A stretch of DNA of 39,935 nucleotides from a virus (lineage: Duplodnaviria; Caudoviricetes). The position numbers were made by a program, and so were the translations under genes. The stretch is taken from positions 1 to 39,935 of IMG/VR virus record IMGVR_UViG_3300037722_000246. One strand, 5' to 3'. The notes beneath the pieces are model-generated. The model ran no database searches and was not told where the DNA came from. It saw only the letters and a list, made by a program, of their open reading frames with translations. Shown one piece after another: positions 1 to 10,051 of the stretch (the stretch's first letter is position 1; each line of letters opens with the position of its first letter).

Positions 1-63
1 AGCATATTTTTCTGCTTACACTTTTGGGCTTTATGACTATGGGAAACTTTGAAGGAGAAAACC

Positions 64-492
64 ATGCCTGGGCCATTACCTAAACCGGCTTATTTACGGC
101 AGAGAACAAACAAAAGTGCCAGTCGCGCGATTTTGCAAGTGCGGGGCGGTGCATTGGATAAACCAATGTTGCCAGATGGTGATTGGCATCCGATGGCCGT
201 TGATTGGTGGGAAGATGTTTGGGCCTCTCCAATGAGTGCGGAGTTTCTACAAGGTGACGTTCCGGCCTTGTATCGACTGGTTTCGTTGGTTGATGTATGG
301 TGGAATGAGCATAAACTGGATGTGGCCAAAGAGATTCGGTTACTGGAGCGCGAGTTTGGCCTTACGCCATTGGCGCGGCGGCGGCTGGAATGGCAGGTGG
401 CCGTGTCTGAGGAAAAGAAAGAGCAGCATGGGATACGCCGTAGCAAGCGGGCGGTGATCGTGAATGGGGATGATCCGAGAAAGGCGTTATGA
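64..492 (+). CDS. terS: terminase small subunit
   Basis: ATG at 64 after RBS GAAGGAG. MPGPLPKP start and 'EIRLLEREFGLTPLARRRL' are typical of phage TerS. Overlaps terL (ATGA). Confidence 0.8.
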   Translation: MPGPLPKPAYLRQRTNKSASRAILQVRGGALDKPMLPDGDWHPMAVDWWEDVWASPMSAEFLQGDVPALYRLVSLVDVWWNEHKLDVAKEIRLLEREFGLTPLARRRLEWQVAVSEEKKEQHGIRRSKRAVIVNGDDPRKAL

Positions 493-2114
493 TTCTTACC
501 GTTCCCCCTTTCGATGAAAAAACCGCATGGCCTACTTTGGGACCGCAAGTTTGCGACTTCATAGAAAGTTACCTTGTGTTTGGGCCGGGGGATTTGCGCG
601 GGCAGCCTGTCATTTTAGACATAGAAAAACGGGCGCTTATTTACCGGATGTATGAAGTCTATCCGCAGGGACATGAGCAAGCCGGGCGGCGGCGGTTCAA
701 ACGTTGCGCTATTTCTCTGAGAAAGGGCACGGCAAAAACTGAACTTGCCGCCTGGATCGCGGCGGTTGAATTGCACCCATACGGGCCGGTTCGTTGCGAT
801 GGTTGGGATGCAAACGGGCAGCCGGTAGGTATTGGGGTGACTGATCCTTATGTGCCCATGATTGCGTATACCCAAGAGCAATCTGATGAGCTTGCCTATG
901 GCGCGTTGAAGATGATCCTTGAATACAGTCCGTTGGCTGATGATTTTGACATTGGCCTGGAACGTATTATGAGGATCGGCGGAGATGGCAAGGCCGTTAG
1001 TTTGGCGACTGCACCGGATGCACGGGACGGGGCGCGTACCACGTTTCAAGTTTTTGATGAGACTCACCGGCTTAATGCGCCACGTTTGAAGGCAGCGCAT
1101 AGGACAATGTTAGCCAATATTCCAAAGCGTATGTTATCCGATGCGTGGTCAATGGAAATTACGACTGCACCTGCACCAGGTGAAAACTCAGTGGCAGAGG
1201 ATACAATGGACTATGCGCGGCAAGTTCATGATGGCAAAATTCAGGATAGTCGTTTGTTTTTCTTCCATCGGCAGGCAGACGACAAGCACGATTTGACAAC
1301 ACAGGACGGAGTACGGGCGGCCGTAATTGAGGCCAGCGGACCGGCAGCGTCATGGTCAGACATCGACGGCATTGTAGAAATGTGGCGGGATCCGACAAGT
1401 GACAAAACGTATTTAGAGCGCGTTTGGCTTAATCGCCTAGTCCGTGCCTCAGAACGTGCATTCGATATAGAGCAATTCAAGGTCCTGGCAGATGAAGATT
1501 ACCGGCCAATGCCTGGGGCAATGATTACACTCGGCTTTGACGGGGCACGATGGCATGATGCAACGGCAATTGTGGCAACCGAGATTGTTACCGGATTCCA
1601 ATGGTTAGCGGGATTGTGGGAGCGGCCAGAATTGGACCTTGAATATTGGGAAGTTGACGCGGCTGATGTTGATGGTGTCATGGCGGAGCTAATGGATACA
1701 TACAAGGTCTGGCGGGCCTATTGTGACCCGCCATACTGGGAAACATCAGTAGCAGATTGGGCCGGGCGGTATGGCAGTGAACGAGTTTTGGAATGGTGGA
1801 CAAATCGGCCGAAACAAATGGCCTATGCAATCAAACAATTTAATACGGCCGTTACCTCTGGCGATTTGTTACATGATGGCAATCCTCATTATATCCGGCA
1901 CGTCGGTAATGCGGTTCGTAAAGTGTTGCGGATTCGAGATGAAGAAGGGCAGCCGCTATGGACAATTTACAAAGAGCGGCCAGATAGCCCGCATAAAATT
2001 GATGCGGCGATGGCTGGTGTTCTGAGTTGGGAAGCGCGAAACGACGCATTAACGGCCGGCGTTGGCAAGGTGCAACAGTCAGTATATGAGAGCCGGGGCA
2101 TTGTTGTCGCATAG
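489..2114 (+). CDS. terL: terminase large subunit
   Basis: Walker A-like RKGTAKTE, Walker B VFDETH, nuclease motifs LGFDGA and KIDAAMA; 541 aa. Confidence 0.95.
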   Translation: MILTVPPFDEKTAWPTLGPQVCDFIESYLVFGPGDLRGQPVILDIEKRALIYRMYEVYPQGHEQAGRRRFKRCAISLRKGTAKTELAAWIAAVELHPYGPVRCDGWDANGQPVGIGVTDPYVPMIAYTQEQSDELAYGALKMILEYSPLADDFDIGLERIMRIGGDGKAVSLATAPDARDGARTTFQVFDETHRLNAPRLKAAHRTMLANIPKRMLSDAWSMEITTAPAPGENSVAEDTMDYARQVHDGKIQDSRLFFFHRQADDKHDLTTQDGVRAAVIEASGPAASWSDIDGIVEMWRDPTSDKTYLERVWLNRLVRASERAFDIEQFKVLADEDYRPMPGAMITLGFDGARWHDATAIVATEIVTGFQWLAGLWERPELDLEYWEVDAADVDGVMAELMDTYKVWRAYCDPPYWETSVADWAGRYGSERVLEWWTNRPKQMAYAIKQFNTAVTSGDLLHDGNPHYIRHVGNAVRKVLRIRDEEGQPLWTIYKERPDSPHKIDAAMAGVLSWEARNDALTAGVGKVQQSVYESRGIVVA

Positions 2115-2121
2115 TCGTATA

Positions 2122-2150
2122 TTGCAATTAAGATGTTTTTGATTTAATAT
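2122..2150 (+). promoter_or_regulatory. possible sigma70-type promoter upstream of head genes
   Basis: TTGCAA-17 bp-TAATAT in an AT-rich intergenic gap. Confidence 0.35.
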
Positions 2151-2160
2151 GTAAGGCAAA

Positions 2161-2397
2161 ATGGAACTTACCTTGTGGCAAAAGCTATTTAATCCATATC
2201 CGCAACTGAGGCGGGCGATTGTGAACTTGAAAACGGGCACGGTATTTCGGGCTATTGTTTACCGAAGAACCGGGCCGTTTTTGGTTTTGCGGCAAGTCGA
2301 GATGCTATCAGATCGTGACAGTAAAATGGAGCCGCGCGTAACCAATGGTGAGGTACTGATACAAATGACTGATATTGATTTTATACAGGTAATCTAA
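2161..2397 (+). CDS. small hypothetical protein between terL and portal
   Basis: 78-aa ORF coupled to the portal start (TAATG). Confidence 0.6.
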   Translation: MELTLWQKLFNPYPQLRRAIVNLKTGTVFRAIVYRRTGPFLVLRQVEMLSDRDSKMEPRVTNGEVLIQMTDIDFIQVI

Positions 2398-4328
2398 TGG
2401 CAGTCATTGATACCGTTAATGGTTTGCAAATCACGCGGCAAAATTGGACACCGGGAATTATGCGCAGTAGCCTGCGTTTTTACGATGCTCATAATTATGC
2501 CTATGCGGAGCTTTACCGGTTACAGCCAAACGTGCGGACGTGCGTTGACTTCCTGGCGCGAAACATTGCCCAACTTGGTTTGCATTTTTTCCGGCGTGTT
2601 AGTGAAACGGATCGGGAGCGCTTGCGGGATTATCCCCCTGTCAATTTAATCAATCAGCCGTTACCAGCGCAGTACAAAATGACACGGTATCGGCTTATTG
2701 AAAGCCTGATGGCTGACCTGGGCATTTACTTCAATGCTTATTGGCTGAAAATCCGGCGTGATGGTGAATTATCGGCACTGCTACGCATTCCGCCTACGAT
2801 GGTTGAGGTTGAGGGCGGGTTGTTGATGACAAACTATAAAATCACAGTAGGGGGAAGTACAAAAGACTTTGCACCCGACGATGTGATCCATTTCCGGGGC
2901 TACAATCCGGAAAACCCGATAGAGGGCATGTCACCGCTTGAAACATTGCGGCGTATTTTGGCAGAGGAACACAGCGCGGGCACATACCGGGAAAACTTCT
3001 GGCAAAACGCGGCGCGGCAAAGTGGCGTTATCAAACGTCCATTGGCTGCACCTTCTTGGAGCGACACGGCGCGGGAACGGTTCATAGCTGAATTTGAAGA
3101 ACTGTACAGCGGGGAAGAAAACAGCGGCAAGACGGCCGTTTTGGAAGAGGGTATGGAGTGGGTTCCCAACACGTTTAATGCTAAAGACAGTGAATACCTT
3201 GCCGGGCGCAAACTGACACGGGAGGAATGCGCACGGGCTTACCATATTCCCCTTCCGATGGTTGGCATTTTAGATCATGCCACGTTCTCCAATATTTCTG
3301 AACAACACAAAAACTTGTACCAAGATTCATTGGGGCCGTGGCTGGCAATGATCGAGCAAGATATTGATTTGCAGTTATTGCCAGAATGGACAGATTCAAA
3401 TGGCGTATATTGTGAATTTAACATAGCGCAAAAACTACAAGGCGATTTTGAGCAGCAGGTTAAGAGTTTGCAAAGCGCAGTTGGACGGCCGTACATGACA
3501 GCCAATGAAGCGCGGGCCAAACTAAACTTGCCGTCAATGGCTGGAGATGCTGATCAACTGGTAACGCCGTTAAATGTTATCGTTGGCGGGCAGGCATCGC
3601 CGCGTGATAGCGCTCCAAAGATTAGGCAAGCAATACAAGGTCAAAACTCAAAAGCCGCTTCTTTTTCCTCATACAATCCCGACTTGCGTCGAAACCATGT
3701 ACAGAAATGGACTGAGATTTTCACGGCACATTATCGACGGCAGGAAAGCGCGATTGTCAGTCGCGTACCGAAAGGTCGGAAACTTGACATCGGTGGTGTG
3801 TGGTATGATGAGGAACGATGGAACCGGGAACTGGCAGAGGATTTGCTGAAGGCGAACCGCTTAACGGCCGTTGCCTGGGCCGAACTGATAGCAGAACAAA
3901 CGGGCATGGCGGCATCTGAAGATATTATGATGGCCTGGCTGATTGAACATAGCCGGGTGCAATCTGAAAATATCAATTTTGCTATGCGTGTGAAATTGAC
4001 AGAGGCACTAGCCAAACCGGATGCAGATGAGGAAGTACGCGATCTATTTAGGCAGGCGATTACCGTTTGGTCACAGAATGACGCGGAAACAGCCGTTACC
4101 ACTGCTAGTCAATTTGGTGCAAATGAGGCGGCGCGTGCCGGTGGTTTGCGTATGAAAACATGGCAGACGAATAGCGGCAATCCGCGTGCCAGTCATGCTG
4201 CGCAAAATGGAATGACAATACCAATTGGTGATACGTTCCCGAATGGGCAAAAGTGGCCGGGCGCGCCTGCTGTACCTGCTGAGGTTGCGAACTGTCAATG
4301 TAGTGTGTCATTTTCGAGAGGTGAATGA
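2397..4328 (+). CDS. HK97-family portal protein fused to a C-terminal MuF/minor-head-like domain
   Basis: Portal motifs VIHFRGYNP, GMSPLE, ARAYHIP, MTANEARAKLNLP. C-terminal KTW...RASH...WPG...NCQC is the MuF signature. Confidence 0.9.
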   Translation: MAVIDTVNGLQITRQNWTPGIMRSSLRFYDAHNYAYAELYRLQPNVRTCVDFLARNIAQLGLHFFRRVSETDRERLRDYPPVNLINQPLPAQYKMTRYRLIESLMADLGIYFNAYWLKIRRDGELSALLRIPPTMVEVEGGLLMTNYKITVGGSTKDFAPDDVIHFRGYNPENPIEGMSPLETLRRILAEEHSAGTYRENFWQNAARQSGVIKRPLAAPSWSDTARERFIAEFEELYSGEENSGKTAVLEEGMEWVPNTFNAKDSEYLAGRKLTREECARAYHIPLPMVGILDHATFSNISEQHKNLYQDSLGPWLAMIEQDIDLQLLPEWTDSNGVYCEFNIAQKLQGDFEQQVKSLQSAVGRPYMTANEARAKLNLPSMAGDADQLVTPLNVIVGGQASPRDSAPKIRQAIQGQNSKAASFSSYNPDLRRNHVQKWTEIFTAHYRRQESAIVSRVPKGRKLDIGGVWYDEERWNRELAEDLLKANRLTAVAWAELIAEQTGMAASEDIMMAWLIEHSRVQSENINFAMRVKLTEALAKPDADEEVRDLFRQAITVWSQNDAETAVTTASQFGANEAARAGGLRMKTWQTNSGNPRASHAAQNGMTIPIGDTFPNGQKWPGAPAVPAEVANCQCSVSFSRGE

Positions 4329-5449
4329 TGAGCAAAGTCAAATGCGAGTGTCAATATTGTGGCAACGATTTTATGACTTGGACTTCTCGGATAAAGAGGG
4401 GTGCTGGTAAGTATTGTTCGCGTGAATGTACTGATAAAGGCAAGCGTGTAAATGGCACTTATGATAAATTGGCTGAAGAAATGAGGGAAGGCGAGTATCG
4501 TAAATGTGAAGTTTGTGATACAGAGTTTTATGCTGATAGGTATCGTATTGAGTTGGGGCAAGGCCGATTTTGCAGCCAAGCTTGTTCTGCTAACAATCGA
4601 TCTATTGGGAAACCCCGCGAGTTGATGACTATTAAGTGTGCTTGGTGTGAATGTAACTTTGAAACATATAATGCCAATCGCAAGTATTGTCATTATGATT
4701 GTTTTGTGGAATCTAGAAAACATGGGGAATATAGAAAGTGCGAAACTTGTGATGAAGAATTCTATGTTCAGAAAAATCAAATCGAATCTGGAAATGGAAG
4801 ATATTGTAGTCGAGTGTGTTTTTCAGAAGCAATTAAACAAGGTAAATATCCTAATTTGGGAGCTGATCGTGGTGGAGAATATCGGAATTGTTTAATTTGT
4901 TCAGCAGAGTTTTATTTATCACCAAGTAGAATTGAAAGTGGATATGGTTATTATTGTAGTCGAGAATGTGCTCATGCCGGGCAACGCAGGGGAGATATTT
5001 TTGAGTGTCTTGTTTGTGGAAATGAGTTTTATTTACCGCCTAGTAAAATTGCTGAGGAAAGGAAATATTGTAGCCGTAGTTGTTATATGAAGGATGAAAA
5101 CAAAAAGCGATGGGAAAGCGGTACGTATGATGGTGTCTTCCAATCTCCGACATCAATTGAAATTGCCACAGCAGAAGCCTTAACAGGATTTGAGCTAATC
5201 TATAAGCAAGAATATCGCCCAGATGATTATAGCAGGCCGTTTGATTTTCTTGTTGGAGAAAACTTACTTATAGAAGTGCAAGGTGATTATTGGCATAATC
5301 GGCCAGGCGCAAGAGAGCGCGATGCGGAAAAAGCACAGTGGGCACAGGAAAATGGGTATCAATTAGTAGAGTTTTGGGAATATGAAATTCATGATATGGG
5401 TGCAACCGAATTGATTAGAGAAAGAGTTATTCCTCTGGTAGGAGATTGA
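4325..5449 (+). CDS. Cys-rich Zn-finger-repeat protein with C-terminal DUF559/Vsr-like endonuclease (homing-endonuclease-like)
   Basis: Six CxxC...F...YCSxxC-type repeats; C-terminal PFDF...IEVQGDYWH PD-(D/E)xK-type motif; visibly AT-richer DNA. Confidence 0.75.
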   Translation: MMSKVKCECQYCGNDFMTWTSRIKRGAGKYCSRECTDKGKRVNGTYDKLAEEMREGEYRKCEVCDTEFYADRYRIELGQGRFCSQACSANNRSIGKPRELMTIKCAWCECNFETYNANRKYCHYDCFVESRKHGEYRKCETCDEEFYVQKNQIESGNGRYCSRVCFSEAIKQGKYPNLGADRGGEYRNCLICSAEFYLSPSRIESGYGYYCSRECAHAGQRRGDIFECLVCGNEFYLPPSKIAEERKYCSRSCYMKDENKKRWESGTYDGVFQSPTSIEIATAEALTGFELIYKQEYRPDDYSRPFDFLVGENLLIEVQGDYWHNRPGARERDAEKAQWAQENGYQLVEFWEYEIHDMGATELIRERVIPLVGD

Positions 5450-5450
5450 T

Positions 5451-6053
5451 ATGAAAACAAAGATATTTTCGGCTCCATTAGAAGTTAAGGCAGACGAAGG
5501 TAATGCACATACTTTTGAAGCTATATTTGCCCGTTTTAATGTTATCGATCATGATGGAGATGTTGTATTGCCTACTGCCATTGAAGATGGAGCTAAAGTT
5601 CGTATTTCTTATTGGGGGCACAGATGGCAAGACCTTCCTATTGGACGAGGGGTTATAACCGTTGATGAGGAAAAGGCTAAAGTATCAGGAGTTTTTTTTG
5701 ATACCGAGGGTGGACGGGAAACATATGAGACACTGAAGGGTCTTAATGATTTGGCTGAATTCTCATATGGTTTTGATGTGCTTGAGGCAGAGCGAGGAAC
5801 GTTTAGAAATGAGGATGTGCAGTTTCTCAAAAAGTTAAAGTTATTTGAGGTAAGCCCGGTCATGCTTGGGGCAACACCTGATACTGCTTTATTAGCAATA
5901 AAAAGCATGAAAAATGATGATATTGGCGATGGTGATGAAGGCGAGATCGAAGATGATAAGCCGAGCGAACCGGATGCTAATCTGATGACTGAAATAACAA
6001 TAGTAGAAATCGGAGTGATAGCACTCGGAGGATTATCAAATGAAAAAGAGTGA
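5451..6053 (+). CDS. HK97-family prohead protease
   Basis: DHDGDVV, H..LPIG, FSYGF, LFEVSPV..GA motifs; directly upstream of the capsid gene. Confidence 0.9.
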   Translation: MKTKIFSAPLEVKADEGNAHTFEAIFARFNVIDHDGDVVLPTAIEDGAKVRISYWGHRWQDLPIGRGVITVDEEKAKVSGVFFDTEGGRETYETLKGLNDLAEFSYGFDVLEAERGTFRNEDVQFLKKLKLFEVSPVMLGATPDTALLAIKSMKNDDIGDGDEGEIEDDKPSEPDANLMTEITIVEIGVIALGGLSNEKE

Positions 6054-7350
6054 AAAGCTCATTGCAGAAATGCAAGGTAAATGGAAAGAAATTGAAGGCA
6101 TCCGTGATGCCGTTGTCAAGGATGAACGCGAATTTACGGCCGATGAAAAGGCGCGTGTTGAAGCGACTCTTGACGAAGTGCGCGGTATCGAAGTCCAGGT
6201 GAAGAAAGAGAAAGAGAATGAGGCGTTGGTTGACCAAATCAATGGCTTTAACGATTTGTTTGCTCCCCCGGCCGGTGGCCAGAAAAATGATCAACCTGAC
6301 AATGGTGATCGTCGAGAACGCAAACAACAGGCGATGGCCTTGGGTGAACAGTTTGTCAAGTCTGATGTTTGGCAAAACTGGATGAAACAATTCAACGGCC
6401 GGATTCCTGATAGTGCGCGTGGCCTTTCTTCTCCGCCTGTGGAAATCAAAAACCTGATGCGCAAAACGCTATTGACTGGAACCAGTGACACAAGCGCCGG
6501 GGCATTTGTCCAAACGGACTATACCGGCATCTATGAACCGCTTGGCCGGTACATGTTGTCATTGCGCAATCTGGTAAGCGTTCGCAATACAACGAGTGAC
6601 ACGGTGGAGTTTGTACGCCAGGTAACGCAAGTTACTCAGGCGGCAACTGTGCCAGAATCGAACGTGACTGATTATACCGGCGCGACTGGTGAAGTCAGTG
6701 GCGAAAAACCCGAAGCGGCCATGACGTTCCTGAAGGTTCAGGAAACCGTCAAAACCATTGCTGTCTGGATTCCTGCAACCAAACGCGCCCTGTCTGATGT
6801 TGCTCAATTGCGCGGCTTGATTGATGACGAGTTACGCGCCGATCTGAATGAGGAACTGGAAAACCAGATGCTCAACGGCGACGGCGCGGGCGAAAACTTC
6901 ACTGGCTTGAACAATGTGTCTGGTGTCCTGGCTCAGGCGTTTACGACCGACCTTGCAACGACAGCACGTAAGGCCATTACCAATTTGCTTATTAATGGCA
7001 AGCAAATGCCGACGGCATGGCTGTTGAATCCGCAGGACTGGGAAGCTTTCGACCTGATGACTGATACCAACGGACGCTACTACTGGGGCGGCCCGATGGC
7101 AATGGGGCCGCGTACCCTTTGGGGCGTTCCTGTTGCTCAAAGTTTCTTCCAGACGCAAGGCACGGGTTGGCTTGGTAACTGGACTAAAGCCGTTTTATGG
7201 GATCGTGAACAAGCAAATATCTCGGTAAGCGATTCTCATAGTGACTTCTTTATCCGCAATATGGTTGCAATCCTTGCTGAGTTGCGGGCGGCCTTCGGGA
7301 TTATACGTCCATCAGCATTTTGTGAAGTAGACCTTGAATCTGGTAGCTAA
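6040..7350 (+). CDS. major capsid protein (HK97 fold, N-terminal coiled-coil delta domain)
   Basis: KTIAVWIPATKRALSD, MLNGDG, LWGVPV, FIRNMVAILAELR; RBS GGAGG. Confidence 0.95.
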   Translation: MKKSEKLIAEMQGKWKEIEGIRDAVVKDEREFTADEKARVEATLDEVRGIEVQVKKEKENEALVDQINGFNDLFAPPAGGQKNDQPDNGDRRERKQQAMALGEQFVKSDVWQNWMKQFNGRIPDSARGLSSPPVEIKNLMRKTLLTGTSDTSAGAFVQTDYTGIYEPLGRYMLSLRNLVSVRNTTSDTVEFVRQVTQVTQAATVPESNVTDYTGATGEVSGEKPEAAMTFLKVQETVKTIAVWIPATKRALSDVAQLRGLIDDELRADLNEELENQMLNGDGAGENFTGLNNVSGVLAQAFTTDLATTARKAITNLLINGKQMPTAWLLNPQDWEAFDLMTDTNGRYYWGGPMAMGPRTLWGVPVAQSFFQTQGTGWLGNWTKAVLWDREQANISVSDSHSDFFIRNMVAILAELRAAFGIIRPSAFCEVDLESGS

Positions 7351-7353
7351 TCG

Positions 7354-8862
7354 ATGAATGTAAATGTGCTGGTCAGGAACCTAAACGAAGATCGAGTGAT
7401 TCCGCGTTTTGCCGGGTATCTTCGGGATGGTCTTGGCTGGCACATTTCAAATAAGCCGGTCAAGGGAATGGATGCATATTACCTCAGTCTGTACCTTGAA
7501 TGGAGTTTTATGCAACCACTCCCCGACCGGCCTGTCATGGCTTACTTTTCACACCGAGAAGAAAACCCGGTAAATGGGCCAAAGTCCCGACTATTTGACA
7601 ACGTGGCGAGCTTGGTAGATCTGCGCATAGTTACAGCGGGGATGTATCGTGATATGTTGGCTGATTGCGGGCCTACCGTGCAGATACCTGCACCGGTTGA
7701 ACGAGAACGGTTCACAATTCCTGGAAAACTTTCTGGTAGAAAGGCTCTTACAGCCGGTTTCTCTGGTTATGTCTACGGAAATAAACGAAAAGGGGAAGAT
7801 TTAGCCAGCCGATTGGTGAATTATTATCCTGCTGTTTCCTGGCGAGCGAGTGGGCGCGGCTGGCCTGCATTGACGCGGCGATTTACGTGGGCAGAGATGC
7901 CAGCGTTTTATCAGTCGCTGGATGTCCTGGTAATTACGGCACGTGTCGAAGGCGTCCCGATGCCAGCATTAGAGGCGTTGGCTTGTGGCGTATCGGTAGT
8001 CATCCCGCGCGGTGTTGGACTATTGGATGAACTGCCAGACATGCAAGGCATACACCGATATGATCGCGGCAATGCGCAGGATTTAATACGCGCCTTCGGA
8101 GAGGCAATACATACAAGGTCATGCACCAGCCGTGAAACATTGCGGGCAGTGACGCAACCATACACAATTGAGGCATGGATACAAGGTCATAAATCCGCAA
8201 TCGAACGAATTAATGAGGAACCTATGGAAAAAATAATCACTGGTCGGGATGATAAAATTATGAAAACCATCCGGCAGTCATGGCCCGAGGTTGACACCGT
8301 TTTGAAATGGACGACCAAATACATCCCCAAAATCAAGCGACAAGTAGCTGAATATCAAGGCGCGATCCTGGCGTACTATGCACACACGTATAACAAACCT
8401 GGGGCGCGGTTTCTTGAAATTGGCACGGCGCTTGGTTACTCGGCTTGTGTCATGGCAACGGCTGCACCGATGGCCAGAATCACGACCTTGAATCCTAAGG
8501 ACGGCGAATATCAGAAAGCCGTCAAAAATTTGTCAGTTCGTTCTAACGTCCGAGTTGTAAAGCAAACATCGGAAGAATTTTGGCATAGTGACAACGGTCA
8601 ATACGATATGATTTTTGTGGACGGCGATCATCGGTATGCGATGGTGCTACATGATGCACAGTTTTTCAACCGATTGAAACCAGGCGGCCTGATTATCTTT
8701 CATGACTATTCGCCTGATGGTAGTGACCGGCCAAGTGATGGCAGCTACAAGGCGCTTAATGATTTGGCAGAAAAGCATAGGCCATTTGACGTGAAGGTGA
8801 TCGGAACTGGTAACGTTGGCATGGTTGGTTGGATTCGCCAGTCGGGGGAAGAGTGGGCATGA
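7354..8862 (+). CDS. GT-B (GT4-like) glycosyltransferase fused to a class I SAM methyltransferase
   Basis: EGVPMPALEALACG (E-x7-E of GT4); LEIGTALGYS and IFVDGDH...GGLIIFHDY (Methyltransf_24-like). Confidence 0.85.
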   Translation: MNVNVLVRNLNEDRVIPRFAGYLRDGLGWHISNKPVKGMDAYYLSLYLEWSFMQPLPDRPVMAYFSHREENPVNGPKSRLFDNVASLVDLRIVTAGMYRDMLADCGPTVQIPAPVERERFTIPGKLSGRKALTAGFSGYVYGNKRKGEDLASRLVNYYPAVSWRASGRGWPALTRRFTWAEMPAFYQSLDVLVITARVEGVPMPALEALACGVSVVIPRGVGLLDELPDMQGIHRYDRGNAQDLIRAFGEAIHTRSCTSRETLRAVTQPYTIEAWIQGHKSAIERINEEPMEKIITGRDDKIMKTIRQSWPEVDTVLKWTTKYIPKIKRQVAEYQGAILAYYAHTYNKPGARFLEIGTALGYSACVMATAAPMARITTLNPKDGEYQKAVKNLSVRSNVRVVKQTSEEFWHSDNGQYDMIFVDGDHRYAMVLHDAQFFNRLKPGGLIIFHDYSPDGSDRPSDGSYKALNDLAEKHRPFDVKVIGTGNVGMVGWIRQSGEEWA

Positions 8863-9599
8863 ACCGAGGGATTTACTGCGTAGCATTTGGCGATCCGGCG
8901 CGGGCGTGTGCCGTTGACATGATGAAAAGTGTCAAACAGTTTTTGCCGGATATTCCAATTGCGTTGGCAGCCGATAAACCGATTGGCATTGAAGATATTT
9001 TCATCAGCCAACCGGACAAGGACATTGGCGGCCGGTCGGTAAAACTCATGGCCTATGATTTGACGCCGCCTGAGTGGGGCGCGGTGCTATATTTGGATGC
9101 TGACACGGAAGTGACTTCTCCCGATGTGCAATTTTATTTTGATTTGATTAGTGACGGTTGGGAGTTTGTTATCTGCAAAGACCCGATGCGGGAGGACGTG
9201 GCGCAATTGCCGCGTCACAAATATGATGCGGCGGAATTGGTGGAGATTGAGTCTGTTTTAGGGACCTTGCATACGCTCATGTTAAATGGTGGCGTGTGGG
9301 CATTTGCGAGGAACGAAAACGTCAAAGCGTTTTTCGATTCCTGGCAGGTTGAATGGGCAAAGTACGGGCGGCGCGATCAGGGCGCTTTGCTGCGGGCCTT
9401 GTATACTCATCCGCTTAGGATGTACGTGCTAGGCAATGAGTGGAATTATTTCCCGGCGTACAGTTCAAAGATTACTGAACCGGCTGGCCTGATGCATTAT
9501 CCAGGCAAGGCGCGGCGGTGGGGCGGACAGATACCGGGACGGCTGGACAGTCCGATAGCATGGCAGAAGGTAAAACAACACCAGGGCGGGAAGCGATAA
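8859..9599 (+). CDS. GT-A (GT8-like) glycosyltransferase
   Basis: YLDAD (DxD), NGGV, DQGAL, WN motifs; ATG at 8859 overlaps the upstream stop. Confidence 0.8.
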   Translation: MNRGIYCVAFGDPARACAVDMMKSVKQFLPDIPIALAADKPIGIEDIFISQPDKDIGGRSVKLMAYDLTPPEWGAVLYLDADTEVTSPDVQFYFDLISDGWEFVICKDPMREDVAQLPRHKYDAAELVEIESVLGTLHTLMLNGGVWAFARNENVKAFFDSWQVEWAKYGRRDQGALLRALYTHPLRMYVLGNEWNYFPAYSSKITEPAGLMHYPGKARRWGGQIPGRLDSPIAWQKVKQHQGGKR

Positions 9600-10051
9600 T
9601 GGATGTGCTGAACATTGGCTGTGGCAATCGAATGATTGAAGGTGCTGTACATCATGACCGGGTGAAGCACCGTCCTGAGATTGATGTGGTTCACGATTTG
9701 AACGTATTGCCTTGGCCATTCGATGGCAAGTCATTTGATAGAATCGTGGCCTTGTCTGTGTTGGAGCATTTAGACATTGATCTTGTTGCCAGCCTGAATG
9801 AATGTCACCGGATTCTAAGACCGGGCGGGCAGGTGGTAATCAAGTTGCCGTTGTGGAATGCAGAGCGATCATATGATGATCCGACTCATCGCTGGGTTTA
9901 CTCCCTGCGGGCGCTTGACCAGCTTTGTCCTGACACAGAACGGGGTAAGGAATACTCATTCTACACGCCGTACAAATGGAAGTTTGTGGAGCAGCCGCAT
10001 CCGAATGAAGAAAAAACATCACTCTGGGCTACATTGGAGGCACTGCCATGA
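9599..10051 (+). CDS. class I SAM-dependent methyltransferase
   Basis: LNIGCG, VLEHL, RILRPGG, DPTH motifs; TAATG coupling. Confidence 0.85.
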   Translation: MDVLNIGCGNRMIEGAVHHDRVKHRPEIDVVHDLNVLPWPFDGKSFDRIVALSVLEHLDIDLVASLNECHRILRPGGQVVIKLPLWNAERSYDDPTHRWVYSLRALDQLCPDTERGKEYSFYTPYKWKFVEQPHPNEEKTSLWATLEALP

